Below are positions 38,891 to 52,712 of a stretch of 64,000 nucleotides of DNA, piece after piece. Location of the stretch: positions 97,764,739 to 97,828,738 of the forward strand of contig NC_068982.1 of NCBI RefSeq assembly GCF_001194135.2, written 5' to 3'. How positions within the stretch are numbered: position 1 is the stretch's first letter; each line of letters starts with the position of its first letter. The notes under the pieces were generated by a model. That model was not told the DNA's origin. It saw only the letters and a program-made list of their open reading frames with translations, and did no database searches. The position numbers were made by a program, and so were the translations under genes. Source of the stretch: Octopus bimaculoides (lineage: Eukaryota).

Positions 38891-39510
38891 GTAAGTTGAC
38901 TTTACATAAATGAATTAAAAAGTGACACCTATGTAATGTTGTAGGCAGGAAAAGTTCGATGAACCAAGTTTATCCATGCGATCAGTAACTAAAAACTCCC
39001 TCAATGGGTATCTAGAATGTAAAAACAGAACAAGAAGGAAGGAAACTCCAATAGAATCACTTAGTTGACTGTTGGCAAATTACAGAATATGCTAATGAGA
39101 CAGGATTTGGTCGTAAATTCAACTGATGAAAGCAACAGATTGTTCCGGGCTTAACAGACCTCTTCAATGACACCTATTTTACTTATGTTATCTATCTATA
39201 TATCTATCACTTCAAACATACATACATACATACATACATACATACATAAATATATGCTTGTATACATACATACATACATACATTCATATATACATACGTG
39301 TACATACACATATATATGTATTTATGCACACGTACGTTATATATATATATATATATATATATACATAACTGGGTACATGACATGGCAAAAGAACATGGAC
39401 AAAATGATAAACAAGGTACAACAAACAAGCAAGCCACATAGAAACATCTCCTTCATCAGCTGCCACCATTAAAACACCGGCGTTTCGAAGAAATGAAGGC
39501 AGTACGCATC

Positions 39511-39572
<62 letters not shown>

Positions 39573-39869
39573 ATAGGTATGTGTGTATGGATAGATGGAT
39601 GGATGGATGGATGGGTAGAGAGATAGATTACACTTAGCAGAATAAGGAGATTTGGGTGCACTGAAGAGGTCTAATAAACCCGGAATATTCCTACTGCTTT
39701 CAGCAATTGCTTTAAAGATTAAATCCTGTCTCATATACTTATCTTTAATTTGCAAAAAGTTCAACAAAGTGATTTTACTAAAGTTTCCTTCTTTCTTCGT
39801 TCGTTTTTAAATTTTAAACACACCTTGAGTGGGGTTTTGTTTTTGTTTCCTAATTTTTTAAACTTTTAT

Positions 39870-40100
39870 CTTTTATTTTTTTTAGTCATTAGATTGCGGC
39901 CATGCTGGATCACAGTCTCGAAAATTTTTTTAGATCGACCGCAGTACTTAATTTTGTTTGCTATGCCTGGTACTTATTCTATAGGTGTCTTTTGCCAAAC
40001 CGCTAAGTTACAGGGACGTAAACATACCGACACTGGTTGTTAAGCAGTGGTGCGAAACAAACACAGACACAAACACTCACACATGTATGTATGATGTATG
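39870..40100 (-). mobile_element. SINE 3' half
   Basis: Reverse complement of 36990-37200. Confidence 0.8.
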
Positions 40101-41299
40101 TATGATGTATGTATGTATGTATATTTGTGTATATATGTATGTATATTAAATATAGTGACACTGATTACGAATATCAATTCGCCAGTTGGCTGAAAGATCA
40201 GATCCTCTCTTATAATCTTTCTATATTTTCCCCAAAATATTTCATTCACTAACTTTTCGATTTATCTCCCTTGTTTATTGTGTTTAAGATTTAAGAGCTC
40301 ATAGAAGGAGTACTTGTGTACTAATTAATTAGTACTTGTGTACTAATTATACTAATTACAATCTTAGTTAACAGACGACTTTTTTTTTGAAACCGTAGGC
40401 AATGAGTATTTATTATGTAGAAAGTTTCCTTAGTCGTATCATTGTTATCATTAATATAATGCACTTAATATCATTTTTTAGTAGGATTGCTTTGAATTTA
40501 TAGCAACATACGATTTTACTGTTGTTGCTATTGTTGCTGTGGTTATTGTTGTTGCTGTTGGTGTTGCTGATGTTGTTTTTGTTGTTTAGCCTCAGAACAA
40601 GCCAAAAGGATTTCCAGCCATGAGCATATCGTCTGTTATTTCGGACGTAGTATATCGAAACTATAATATCCAATAATGAGTCCATACCTAAAAAAAGAAA
40701 AAAAAAATTTAACTCCTTTGTGGTTTTGAAGATATCTAACTGCTATTTCAGACTATTAATGTGACCACGTAAAGTCTGCCTCGTTTACGTATGTAATTGA
40801 CAGAATAATATTATTAATGGAGTTTTGAATGTCTTATTATTTAAAACAATATCAGTTTGTGTATAACATTTTAAGATAAACTGGTTTATCATAGGTAACA
40901 ATACGTAAACTTCAGGTTTGAAGTAAACAATAGAAAACAACGTTGCATGTAAGAAAATGACTCCTGCAGTTGTCTTTGATTAATTATGGCATTGGTAAAT
41001 GTTAGTTTTCGTAGCACGATTCTCTTTCATGAAAGCAAATGAAATTGTTCGTATGTAAAATCTAAAAGGATAGCATTTACTAGAATTCGTGAGAACACAC
41101 ATGCATATATATGACAGTGTGTGTGAGTATGTGCATGCATGTATATATGCATATACATATATTCATAAATAAATATATGCATACACACGCGCACACATGC
41201 ATATATNNNNNNNNNNNNNNNNNNNNNNNNNNNNNNNNNNNNNNNNNNNNNNNNNNNNNNNNNNNNNNNNNNNNNNNNNNNNNNNNNNNNNNNNNNNNN

Positions 41300-41372
<73 letters not shown>

Positions 41373-43762
41373 AATATGTGTGTATACGTATATACACACA
41401 TGTACACATATATGCATATACATATATTCATAAATAAATATATGCATACACACGCGCACACATGCATATATGTATATATATATATGCATGCGTGTGTGTA
41501 TGTATGTGTCTGCATGCGTGCGTGCATGCATGTGTGTGTGCGTATGTCTCATGAATTAAATACCTAACACCATTCGAAGAAAGTTAGAAGTATGAAGAAT
41601 ACAAGTTTTCCAAAGAACTGAATATTTGTCGAAATTTACTTCGCAAAAGCATAAAAAAATTTGAATGGACGATGGCATATACAGAATGGACGATGGCATA
41701 AACAAGAACTTGTTAATTGATAATGTAACTAAGAGATTAAAAAAAAAAATAACAACATGAAAAGTTACAATGACATCAACGAAGAAGCTAAGTTTATTGC
41801 GAAAAAGAAAACTTAAGTTATGCAATGGAATGGAATGTTTAAACGAAACAGACATTACGAATAAAACTAGACGTATATTAAGAAATCCAGTTAAGTTATA
41901 AATGGGCTTAATGAGCAAAAGTACTAAGGAATATAAACAATATTTGGGAGAGAAATGTGCTCCAGCAGGGGGCTTTCAACAACACAGTTCTCAATTCTTT
42001 CAGAGATGTTAGAAATACAGTAACACCTCACTTTATGAGGAACCGCCTTGCGAGACCCCAGATTTACGAGTTTTATTTTTCAAGCACAATTTCCCAATTT
42101 TGAACGAAGTGCAAAACTTTCTACTATCATGACAAATGCTTCTGTGTGTTACTGAGAAATTTATAAAGAGCGAAAATAAGTGACTTCTAAGCAAACTACT
42201 CTAGACTTTTTTTTTAAAGAAATCTACAAGTCTGTCTACGAGTGCTTGGGAATCAGCAATCGCATCTACAAGTGATGACGTGCGCGAGTCTAGAGTGAGT
42301 GAGTGGATACATCACCATTGATGAATCGGGTACTGAGGCAATCACCTGCAACTAAATAAAACCTTACACTTTGATAAGAATCGCCTTGTGCCAAGAAATG
42401 TGAACTTACGCACCTATTTGATGTTTCGGTGAGCTTTTATAACAGCACCGACCTTGACAATTTAGTCGGCCTGTACATATCTTTTATCTTTAACTTTTAT
42501 CCATGACGGGACACCACAAAATATAGCGGTATCAATTTTGTCAGTATTGATACAACCCTGTACAGTAATTTCTTACTTCTCCCCACATTCACAAATGCAC
42601 GTGCGCTGGAGAGTAACGGCAACAACAAATACACACAGGAAAGAAGAAGCAATTTAGCTTCAATCGCCAATGAAGTACATCTCAAAATTGTCATCATCGT
42701 TACATGTAACAACATCCACTTATAATTTGCAGAACTATACACGAATGTCTTCATGAAATAAGACTTGCATACAGTTCTACCGATTACATCGGGGCTATTT
42801 TTCAAAATGCCTCATCTCCGGCGCGCAAAATTCCGGAAACAATTCCGCAGAAAATAATTCACTGCAGTATATGTTGCCGGCTGGAGAACATAACTATTTA
42901 AATTATTATTTATATAGATAGAGTGATAAATTAAATATTAATTCAATTTAAAACCAAGTGGCCTAGCATATAAAAAAATTTGAAAATTCAGAAAAAATTN
43001 NNNNNNNNNNNNNNNNNNNNNNNNNNNNNNNNNNNNNNNNNNNNNNNNNNNNNNNNNNNNNNNNNNNNNNNNNNNNNNNNNNNNNNNNNNNNNNNNNNNN
43101 NNNNNNNNNNNNNNNNNNNNNNNNNNNNNNNNNNNNNNNNNNNNNNNNNNNNNNNNNNNNNNNNNNNNNNNNNNNNNNNNNNNNNNNNNNNNNNNNNNNN
43201 NNNNNNNNNNNNNNNNNNNNNNNNNNNNNNNNNNNNNNNNNNNNNNNNNNNNNNNNNNNNNNNNNNNNNNNNNNNNNNNNNNNNNNNNNNNNNNNNNNNN
43301 NNNNNNNNNNNNNNNNNNNNNNNNNNNNNNNNNNNNNNNNNNNNNNNNNNNNNNNNNNNNNNNNNNNNNNNNNNNNNNNNNNNNNNNNNNNNNNNNNNNN
43401 NNNNNNNNNNNNNNNNNNNNNNNNNNNNNNNNNNNNNNNNNNNNNNNNNNNNNNNNNNNNNNNNNNNNNNNNNNNNNNNNNNNNNNNNNNNNNNNNNNNN
43501 NNNNNNNNNNNNNNNNNNNNNNNNNNNNNNNNNNNNNNNNNNNNNNNNNNNNNNNNNNNNNNNNNNNNNNNNNNNNNNNNNNNNNNNNNNNNNNNNNNNN
43601 NNNNNNNNNNNNNNNNNNNNNNNNNNNNNNNNNNNNNNNNNNNNNNNNNNNNNNNNNNNNNNNNNNNNNNNNNNNNNNNNNNNNNNNNNNNNNNNNNNNN
43701 NNNNNNNNNNNNNNNNNNNNNNNNNNNNNNNNNNNNNNNNNNNNNNNNNNNNNNNNNNNNNN

Positions 43763-43794
43763 TACATGTTTCGGTTGCTTATAAACCTTATCAA
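43763..43794 (-). ncRNA. Minimal type I hammerhead ribozyme core (U3-A8 variant)
   Basis: The minus strand reads UUGAUAA GGUU-uauaagc-AACC GAAAC-AU-GU A. The 3' arm of stem I falls in the N gap. Confidence 0.6.
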
Positions 43795-44115
43795 AAATAT
43801 GTGCTTAAATGAAATATATAGAGAAGAAAGATTATTAATAAAATAAACTTTCATAGTGTACTTTTCTTTTTCCTGTAAGAACACGTGATAATTTCCATTA
43901 ATTTTCGTAGCATTGCTAGTAGTAATTTCAGCTGTTGTCTGTGATGTTAATTAAGTAGTGTGGTCAAAATTGTTTTCAAATGGAGTGGCCGTAGTAGCCA
44001 AATAAGCAGTAGTAGCAATTATAGTCATCATAAAATTATCTCCCCTGAGGTCTTCACAGAAATGGATTTATTTAATCTTTTATCTTTATTTCTTATGAAT
44101 AATATACATATAGTT

Positions 44116-45440
44116 TCAGTGTTCCCACTTTAAAGAAGTTAAACTCAGTCGATACTTTCTTATGAAATGTATTTCCTTGCTAATGCGTTCATTTTGGCTA
44201 GCACTGTTTTTGAATTTGTATAATGGAAAAGTTGTGAATTTGGGATATTTATTGGATGCACATCTGTCTATGTGTTGGCTGACAGATATTTTCCTGTATT
44301 CCGGAATTCTAATTTGGGATTGTGCGCCGCCATCCTCTGACGTAGGCTGTTTCTTATTTTTTTGTGCGTCCAATATATTGCCGTTTGCATCCCGAGCATG
44401 TAATTAAGTAAATCAAATTCTCCGATACACATGTAAAGTTAGTTTTTATGGTAAAATTTTGGCCTTGTTCCAATCGGTATTCTGATCCTTCTATTATGTT
44501 GATACAGATCCCACAGTTGGGCCTCCTGCACCTTTTTACTGTTGGCTTTGTGGTTATTGTTGAGTGTAATTTAGCCTGGGTTAAAATCCTCTTCATTGAT
44601 TTTGGCTGTCTCTTACTTTTGATGACGGAGTGTGTTTGGAGGATTTGATTCATCTTTGAGTCCCTCTTGGGTAGAGTTGTGCTATGGAGTATAGTGTTGA
44701 AGGCCTCATTGTTATGTGGGTTGTGTGTGGAGACATAAGGCAGGGTTTTCAATTTTTCTTGCTTCTTGTGTATTGGTTGTCTAAGTTCTTGTGTATTGAA
44801 TTTAAAGACTCGTTGGATCGTATTGTCGATTAAAGGTTGTGGGTAATTCCTATTGATGAGTGTAGTTTTTAGTTCTTGGAGTCGTGTGTAACGGATGTTT
44901 GTGTCTGATAATATTGTGCATATTTTCTTGGCTAAACTAAAGGGGATATTCATCCTGATGTGTCTCGGGTGGCAAGAATTAAAAGGCAGGTACTGTTTCG
45001 AGTCCGTAGGTTTGTAATAGATATCTGTCTCTATCTTGTTCCCGACTTTCTTAAAAAGCATATCTAAAAACGGTAGTTGATCCTGGTTATACTCTATCGG
45101 AAATTGGAGGTTTTCATTTATTCCATTTAGAAGTGTTTTGAATTCATTAAGTTTTTCTACACTTTCATTCCAGAGGATGAAGCACCATCGAGATATCTTT
45201 TCCAGTTGTTTTGAATGTAGGTTGAAAAGGTGTTTCCATATTTCTCGAGCGTTTTCTGGTATAGTTTGATTTCGAGATAGACCATTACCAGGTTCGCAAA
45301 AGAAGATGCATTCCGTGTTCCCATTACTGTCCCTGATTTTTTATGAAGTAGGTCATTATTAAATATGAAATAATTGTTCTCTAGGATAAATCTTAGTCCT
45401 TCTATTATGAGTTCTTTTTCGGGAAGTGCGTACTTTAAAC
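44116..45440 (-). mobile_element. Penelope-like element, RT C-terminal half plus GIY-YIG endonuclease (degraded)
   Basis: ILENNYFIF...GTVMGT..A.SFANLVM, TDIYYKPTDSKQYL.FNSCHP, and NLIYLITCSGCKRQYIGRT; frameshifts present. Confidence 0.9.
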
Positions 45441-45446
45441 TTGTTA

Positions 45447-46112
45447 CACAAAAAGTACGAAAAACTACACGTGCAAAACAATTTGACAACAGAAATGAAC
45501 TGACCGGTACCCTATGAAAATGATGACCGTCAAAATAAAGGGCCGGACGTTGTTCCTCATGTCCCGCAAATAATACCAAAAAGGCATAAACAGACACGCG
45601 AGGAATATATTTCAATCCTACACGCTTATTTTACAGCAGTGCTCTACCCAAAGAACGAAAACTCAACAACATATACATATAAAATATGGAAGAAACATAA
45701 CATAAATAAAGACTTGGATACAGCAATGGACCCTAATAAACTAGCTAACATTCGAAGATATATTCTCAAAGCCAAAAAAAAAAGATATCAGAAATAGAAA
45801 TAGAACAATTAAAAGGAAAAATACACCAGGAATCTAAAAACAGAAACAATTCCTACCATAGTAGGCGCATTAGATATGATAAAAAAAAATATTCAGACAA
45901 ATACATCACAAAAACAACAGGACTTACAAATATATATAACATACAGAAAATTGCACTACTGGGCACTGTACACATCCTACGCAAAACACTTTCAATACAG
46001 TAACCATAAGAGTATCACAGCAAACCACAGCACATACCCAAGGCGCACAGAGCTGCGCTCGGTAGTGAAATGAAAGCACGTTATAAAAATAAAACTACTG
46101 AATAATAATAAT
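45447..46112 (+). mobile_element. Internally deleted R4/Dong-type LINE (N-terminus fused to extreme 3' end)
   Basis: KRHKQTREEYISILHAYF...MDPNKLANIRRYILK joins at ~45829 to KTETIPTIVGAL...ALLGTVHILRKTLSIQ*, followed by a 3' UTR and (AAT)n tail. Confidence 0.75.
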
Positions 46113-47489
46113 GATGTGTTTGTGTTGTGCGCTAAAAGAAGCGCATTGAACTAGTTTGATTTCCGCTTAATCTTTTCGAAATCAGCTCATTCTCATAAGA
46201 AAGAAGAAACAGAAAAGACACATGCACTTTATATATTTTGCTCTCTTTCTCACAGTATCAGCGAGATATTCTGTCAAAATATCGGTTGATTTTCCGTATT
46301 CCTCCATTTGTTTTTCGGAAAAATTTTAATCAAAGAAGGAACAATAATTTAAAAGCATAACAAAAAGGATGCTGATGATAATTGTAGAATTGTAAAATCT
46401 TAAGAAAATTTAAAGCAGGATTTTCAAATTTTTCTCGGGTGAATTTAATGGCAAGTCAGCAAAATTTAAAAACGCTTAGCGCTGAACAAAGTACTAAAAC
46501 AGACTAAGAGTCAGCAGATGGATTGGGTATACAGTTTAATTTGATTTACGAGATTAATTTGTTAAAATAACACGAGAATAAAACTGGAATAAAAAATATA
46601 TATATAATGGAACGTTTCGAATTGCAACTATCAATCAAACGGGTTTAAATATGATGTGCTGACAAGGAAATAACTAGAATCTTACGTCGTTTAAAACGAT
46701 AATGCTACTATTGGCAAGAATCACTTTCTCATTGCCTTTTACGCCTTCTCTGTCTATGAAAATCTTCAAGTGAAAATCCTCAAAAATATTTTAAAATGAC
46801 TAGAATGTTATTGGATTTTGCGATGAATTACTGTGAAAATCAAATTAAAACGAATGCATGTTAAGAATTAATGACAAATGCACTTAGGATGTGAGATTGC
46901 TTTGGATGAGATAACACTATTTCGTAATATGTAATCAGAAAGATTTTGATACTCATTAACTGCATCCGTAATCATCCTCATAAGATCCATCGCTCAATTA
47001 TTATATAAATTTGGAATAAGATGATGGCTTGAATTTGGTCTAATTGCCTAATTTTCTTGTTCCTATTTACATCGGACAAAAATCCAAGTTGGGCTAACTA
47101 TTAATCGACAATGAACGTTCAGATGAATTTACTTGCACTTTTGCTGACCTATTTTTAAGAATAAAAAGGGACTGAAACAAGATTTAATCTGTTAATTTGA
47201 CAGATGGAATTCGCAGACCTCATTTAGTGAAATCGGTAACACGATCACCTGGCAAACAGTAGATGTGTGATTTGACACCCGTGAACGGTTCTGTTCTTTT
47301 TTCAGTGTCTTAGGCTGTATTTGTAAATGTCTTAAATATAATTCATATTAAAAGAAAAAACGAAAAAGAACCGTTACAGCTAATTAATATTAATTTTCTG
47401 AGGTTTGCTTCTCATCATAAATCGTTGAATAATTAAAAGAAATCCCGCGAGTTTGAAGTTACGCAACTACAATTGACTGAAGCAATAGT

Positions 47490-49040
47490 CGAAAGGCCGG
47501 AAGTTCATTTTCGTGACCAGCTGTGTTAATTTCAGACAAAGATTAAGTTGAATCAGTATGTAATATATGACTGGTCAACATAGTATACGCAGTTTATTTT
47601 CAATTGAAATAAAATTATTCTTTTCTGAATGTGTTTGGGACTCTAATTGCAAATATACCTTCAGTTTTTCTTTAGTATGTCTAGGTTTTTTAAAAATATA
47701 AAAACTTTCTTCTGAAATTTATTTGTATTTAAGATATACTAAATAATCTTTGAAACGGAAATTGTCTACTTCTTAAGCAGCACAGCGTAGAGTTGACTGA
47801 TAAATTCCTATATAATTAACTTTAATTTTATTTTTATATCATTTATTCAATTAAATACATCTGTAATTTAAGAATATATATTATATGTTTTTTAAGGTGC
47901 TATGAATATGATTTTCTTTTGTAAACTTGGTCAGGGTGATCATATATAATATTCAACAGGAGTTACCAATTATTCCTTCCTTGCTCCTCACATACTACAC
48001 CAAGATTTTCTGGAAAGAAATCTAGATGAGAATGCAAGAAATATAATTTTAACGACGTTAGACTGGCCATGCCTTTACAGATATTAAAAAGGTTCTCACC
48101 TCTATATTATTCGACAGAATGATTTTGCTAACCATTTAAAAGTCCGTCAAGCATTTTAATTCCAGTGTGTTGAAGGTGATTTTCAAATTTAATATCTTCC
48201 ATAATCTACTTCATTTGCAGCGCCACTAAAATTCCCTCCTTTAATTTTGCATTACTCAGATTTAGGATTATTTTTAGAAATGCATTGAAATGCTCTTAGA
48301 CTGAATCCACCCACTACTTCAACAAAATTACTAACTGTACCAAATATCTTCTTTAGGTTAGCTCAAATTACAAATTGGACACTAGTCTTTCTTGAAATAT
48401 ATATTGATTATAGTGACCAGACACGTATCGCTATTCTATAGATATAATGTACAAAAGTATTTTGTAATCAGCATACCAGTAACTTTGAGATTTCCACAAA
48501 TATTCTCTTGATAAACTAATGTTCTATGGTGTCATACAATATATCCATAAGATAAGAGTGAGTGGCCAATGAGGGCGCATGACTTTACTTTCCTTTATGC
48601 AGTAGCATTACTGGCAAATTTTGTGAATAAACGAAAAGGTGCAAGTCAGTATATGTATCTATGACAAGATTTTTTAAAGTTTCATTGGTGTCATTACAAT
48701 AACAGAATGGAACATCTACTGTAAAGCTTATTAGTAAGGTAAAATTTGCTAAGTAAATTGCCTTCCATCTGCGTGAAAGCGGAAAGCTCTGCATTCTCTT
48801 TAGACAGTCTTTCACAATACCATTCAAATGTTGATGAGTAAATAATCTTAACCAATTGCACTTCATCACTGTCCATTTCATTGTCTATGGAGCTAGTCCC
48901 TCATTTACGAAAAAGGGAAACCCGGTATTGCTTCATTATGTTGAACTGATGGGTTACAGGTTTAGATAAACCCAGTTACGTTAACAGTACAAAAATAGCA
49001 GTCAGTAAGAACTCTTTGCTCTCTATATATCATGAATATT
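47490..49040 (-). mobile_element. Decayed Chapaev3-type (CMC) DNA transposon
   Basis: Ordered motifs MIYREQ..LTDCYFC, LSKENAEL, LLHKG, ICGNLKV, LSNAKLKEGI and SLKLYFLHSHLDFFPENLG..CEEQG; many stops. The family name comes from recalled consensus motifs. Confidence 0.75.
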
Positions 49041-49500
49041 GCATCAGTCTTTTCCACCCACTATTCCTGGTCGTATGGTTGTGGTACAGTCTTCAGACAC
49101 CTCCTCCATAGGATCCTATCGAAAGCAACTGGTATGCTAATTACAAAATACTTTTGTTCCTTATGTCTTCTGTTGGAAAGATTTGAAGAATCCATTTTGC
49201 GATTCTTTCTTGCTACATTCTAATCGTAATTATGAAAAAAGAAAACGAACAAGCATTGACTAATTTCAAAAATCATTGGTACTATTGAAAATCCAAAAGA
49301 TAGTTCTGAAATCAATATCAAGAATATTTTCTGGTCCATCCAAAATAACTTCTAATGAAAATCTTTTGTTGACTTATGTAAGAAGTGGAGTTCATTTTGA
49401 TCCAGTAAGAGATTCAGTTTTTGAAAACTGCTTCATATTCATTGCTTATTTCATTATGAGTTCTCAAAAATTAATGACAGCTGTAAAGTAAAATTACTTT
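49030..49500 (+). mobile_element. Second, oppositely oriented fragment of the same transposase family
   Basis: TGMLITKYFCSLCL and a PKDSSE..KNIFSGP-like motif; a 41-bp segment is the inverted copy of 48440-48480. Confidence 0.5.
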
Positions 49501-51429
49501 TTGCTATTGAATATGATCACTATGGTAATTAACAAAATATTCACGGGACTTCAAACTATACGAGAGTGAACTATCTACAGTCCTTCCTATTCAGCAGTAG
49601 CGGCACAAAAGTGTATAAAAGTTGTTACGATAAACAAAGTTAAGAAGACATCAGGCGATGTTAAAACTTGCTTTAATATTGTCAATCGTGATTGACAAGC
49701 CCATTAAAGAAAAATTAGCTTAAATGCTTAATAGTCTTCAACCATCAAAGTATGCAGATCTTTCTACCTGAATATTAACAAGACTGAACAGCGAGCAAGT
49801 AAGAGAGCGCAACCAGTATCTCTCTACTAAATGTAGATGTAATTAGATTTGAGAAATCATTATGGAATAGCTCTGGGCAGAAATATTAATGAAATTAGCT
49901 CTAGGATAGACAGCATTAGCATAGGGATCTGAAAGTTTGTTTATAAATATGAATATGAGATATGATTTATACAGATTGTCAAATCAAAACGGCTACACTT
50001 CTAATAAGATATTCTAATTACATTTAAATTTAATTAAATATTTAATGATGCAATCAGCGATAATTACAGAAGAGACGATGTCGAATTTGCAATCTTAAAG
50101 GAAAAGAGAATCGTATGAAAACGCATGTGTATAAATATAAATATGCGTATGTAGATTTGCATGTTTATGTATGAGCGTATCAGTATATGTATATATAAAT
50201 TGGTGTGTGTGTGTGTGTGTGTGTGTTCGTGTAGGTCAAACATCAGTTGTCTCCTTTTTGCGCTTTTTTCTGTTGATGATCAGTTATCAGCTCCTTCTCT
50301 TGGGCTAATTATGCGAAACCTGGGTGTAGATTCAATCACGGCACATAAATATCGCAACACACTTTACCGACTTCGACCAAACGCATGAAAGCGTGTGTGT
50401 GTGTGTGTGCTTGCGATTGTATGTATATATATATATATATATATATACATATACATAATACATATATCTATCTGTCAATCTATCTATCTTTCTATCTCTC
50501 TCCCCCTTTCTCCCTCCCTCTCCCCCTTTCTCCCTCCCTCTCCCCTCACTCTTGTATACATATAAAACTACTCTAGTTTTATCTTTTTATCAAGATTGCC
50601 CCATAGTTTCTTATCAGTAAAGTTCCTAAACCCATCATTAATATTTGTTGACGTTCATACCCTCATCGTCAAGATGAAGTGATGTTGTCGTGTGCCGCTG
50701 CTTCTTAAAAGAAGGTAGCCCATGTCAATATGACTGGTGTACATATTGCTGCCAGAATTCGAAATTTTAATTTATACATCATCAATGAAGTATTTATTTT
50801 TGCCTGAGAGTAGTATATGTTGTCTGTATGCTTATTTTAGCATTCTTTTGTGCTATGAATATTGATTCCTTCATAAATTATATATTTTTTAGGGTAATTC
50901 TAAAAATTATACATGTGTTGTCTACTAATGTTTTTTGTATTTTTTTGTTGTAGTGCATTGCAATGGAGTCTTGTTGTAAGTGCATGATGAGCCGGCTGGT
51001 GATACAAAATGCATTATATCTAACCATATATTCGAACATTGACAATATGCTGCAAAAGTACTGAAATTAAGAACCTGTTTTTTTTTATCTGTAGCACATC
51101 AGAATCATGCAAAACCTGCAATCAAGCAAACAAAGAACAACGTTATATATGAATACGACTGCAAATTTAAAAGTTGTAAACTTCACGTCTTGAACTCTTA
51201 TATTAACCACACTTTCCTGCGGACTTATCATGCACATGCAATAAGTAGCAAAACGACTGCACTGTACTACGTCATACAACACAAAATATAAGAAAATCCG
51301 AAAATGAAAACATTAGTGCACAACACATCGATACATTAAAATAGTTGCTTTGGAGATTCTATGGCGATAAACAAATACTCAAAGCAAAACTTAAAATAAG
51401 CCATATATGATTTAAAAGCTAATGATAAT

Positions 51430-52400
51430 ATATAAAAATGACAAAAGCCAATATAATCATAATCATGGATAAATACGTATATATTGCTAAAATAAACAAA
51501 TTATTCGGCAACACAAAGGAATTTATTAATGATTTCGCCACACTAAAACTTGAATTGAATTTATTAACTATGGTGATAGACGATAAACGCAGAAATACAA
51601 GCCTCTATTTCACCTACTCTGAAGAAGAATTCACCCCCCGCACATATCTACGAAGTTGTAAAAATACACAAACGAAACGACTACCTCAGGCTCAGAATAT
51701 TTCAAATAAACATAGTAACAGAAAAGATCGCTAAACAGTTAGATAATACTATCAAACATATACATACAGAAAGAGATAGTATCCAAAGAGCTCCTGAAGA
51801 AATCAACATTCCTGCCTTAGAAGTATGAAGTCTGTTTACCAACGTTACAGCAGTAAAAGTAAAATCGTGTATAAAAACAACCAAAAACAAACCACCGGAT
51901 ACCCACTAACACACTGAGGAAATTATTAGTCTTGTATAATAGAAATGCCCACAAGATAAATTATTTATGCACAATGACGAAGTCGTCACAGGTTCTCCTT
52001 CAGGATCTATGGTCGCGACATCTATGGCCGTACATAGCCACAATGGAAAGAAAATGGCATCAGTACAAGACATTCAATATACTCATCGCTATGGACACAC
52101 CGGAAGATGTCGAGAAATTGAAGAAAACCCTACAAATACTCCGTAATAAAATTCAACATTTAGAACAGTAGAACAGCAGAAATACAATTCCCAGCAATAC
52201 AATGACACAATTTCTAGACATAAACATTCTGATATAAAATAATAGATAAATCACGTCCATTAATATCAAATACACATATAATTGCATCTAGATATATGGA
52301 GACAGCAAATGTCCACGCTGATGCAAACAATCATTTAGATTTTAGATACCAAATACATTGTAGATATAAAATGTCATTTAGAAGAACATTTAGATTTTTC
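51430..52400 (+). mobile_element. Heavily decayed Penelope-like RT
   Basis: KAN.IIIMDKYVY..K, KSLFTNV-like and GSP.GS-like motifs occur in the expected order across frameshifts. Confidence 0.5.
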
Positions 52401-52679
52401 TCATTAATCGAAGCCTCAGATAAAGAAAAAGCAGAATAAAGACTATTCTAATCAACATCGAGTATTCTACCAAATTAATACACCAAGTCACTAAACAATA
52501 CAGGAAGAAATACAATGCAACTAATAAATCAGACACTCTACCTACACAGACCACCCATAATATGTATTAAATAAATCAAATGCTCACTAACTGTAGAATA
52601 GCTGTATATATATTATCAAAAGTTGCATGAAACAGAACACAAAATGCATTAAAACCAAAATATGAATTTTGATATATAT

Positions 52680-52712
<33 letters not shown>

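Noticed and set aside
41144-41471. ~60-bp direct repeat on both sides of an N gap (a similar case occurs at 36730-36993)
   Set aside because: Most likely overlapping contig ends around a microsatellite, i.e. an assembly artefact.
47480-47560. Possible housekeeping promoter (CCGGAAGT) with a first-exon donor
   Set aside because: It falls at the apparent 3' subterminal end of the Chapaev3-type element, and there is no downstream coding exon to support it.
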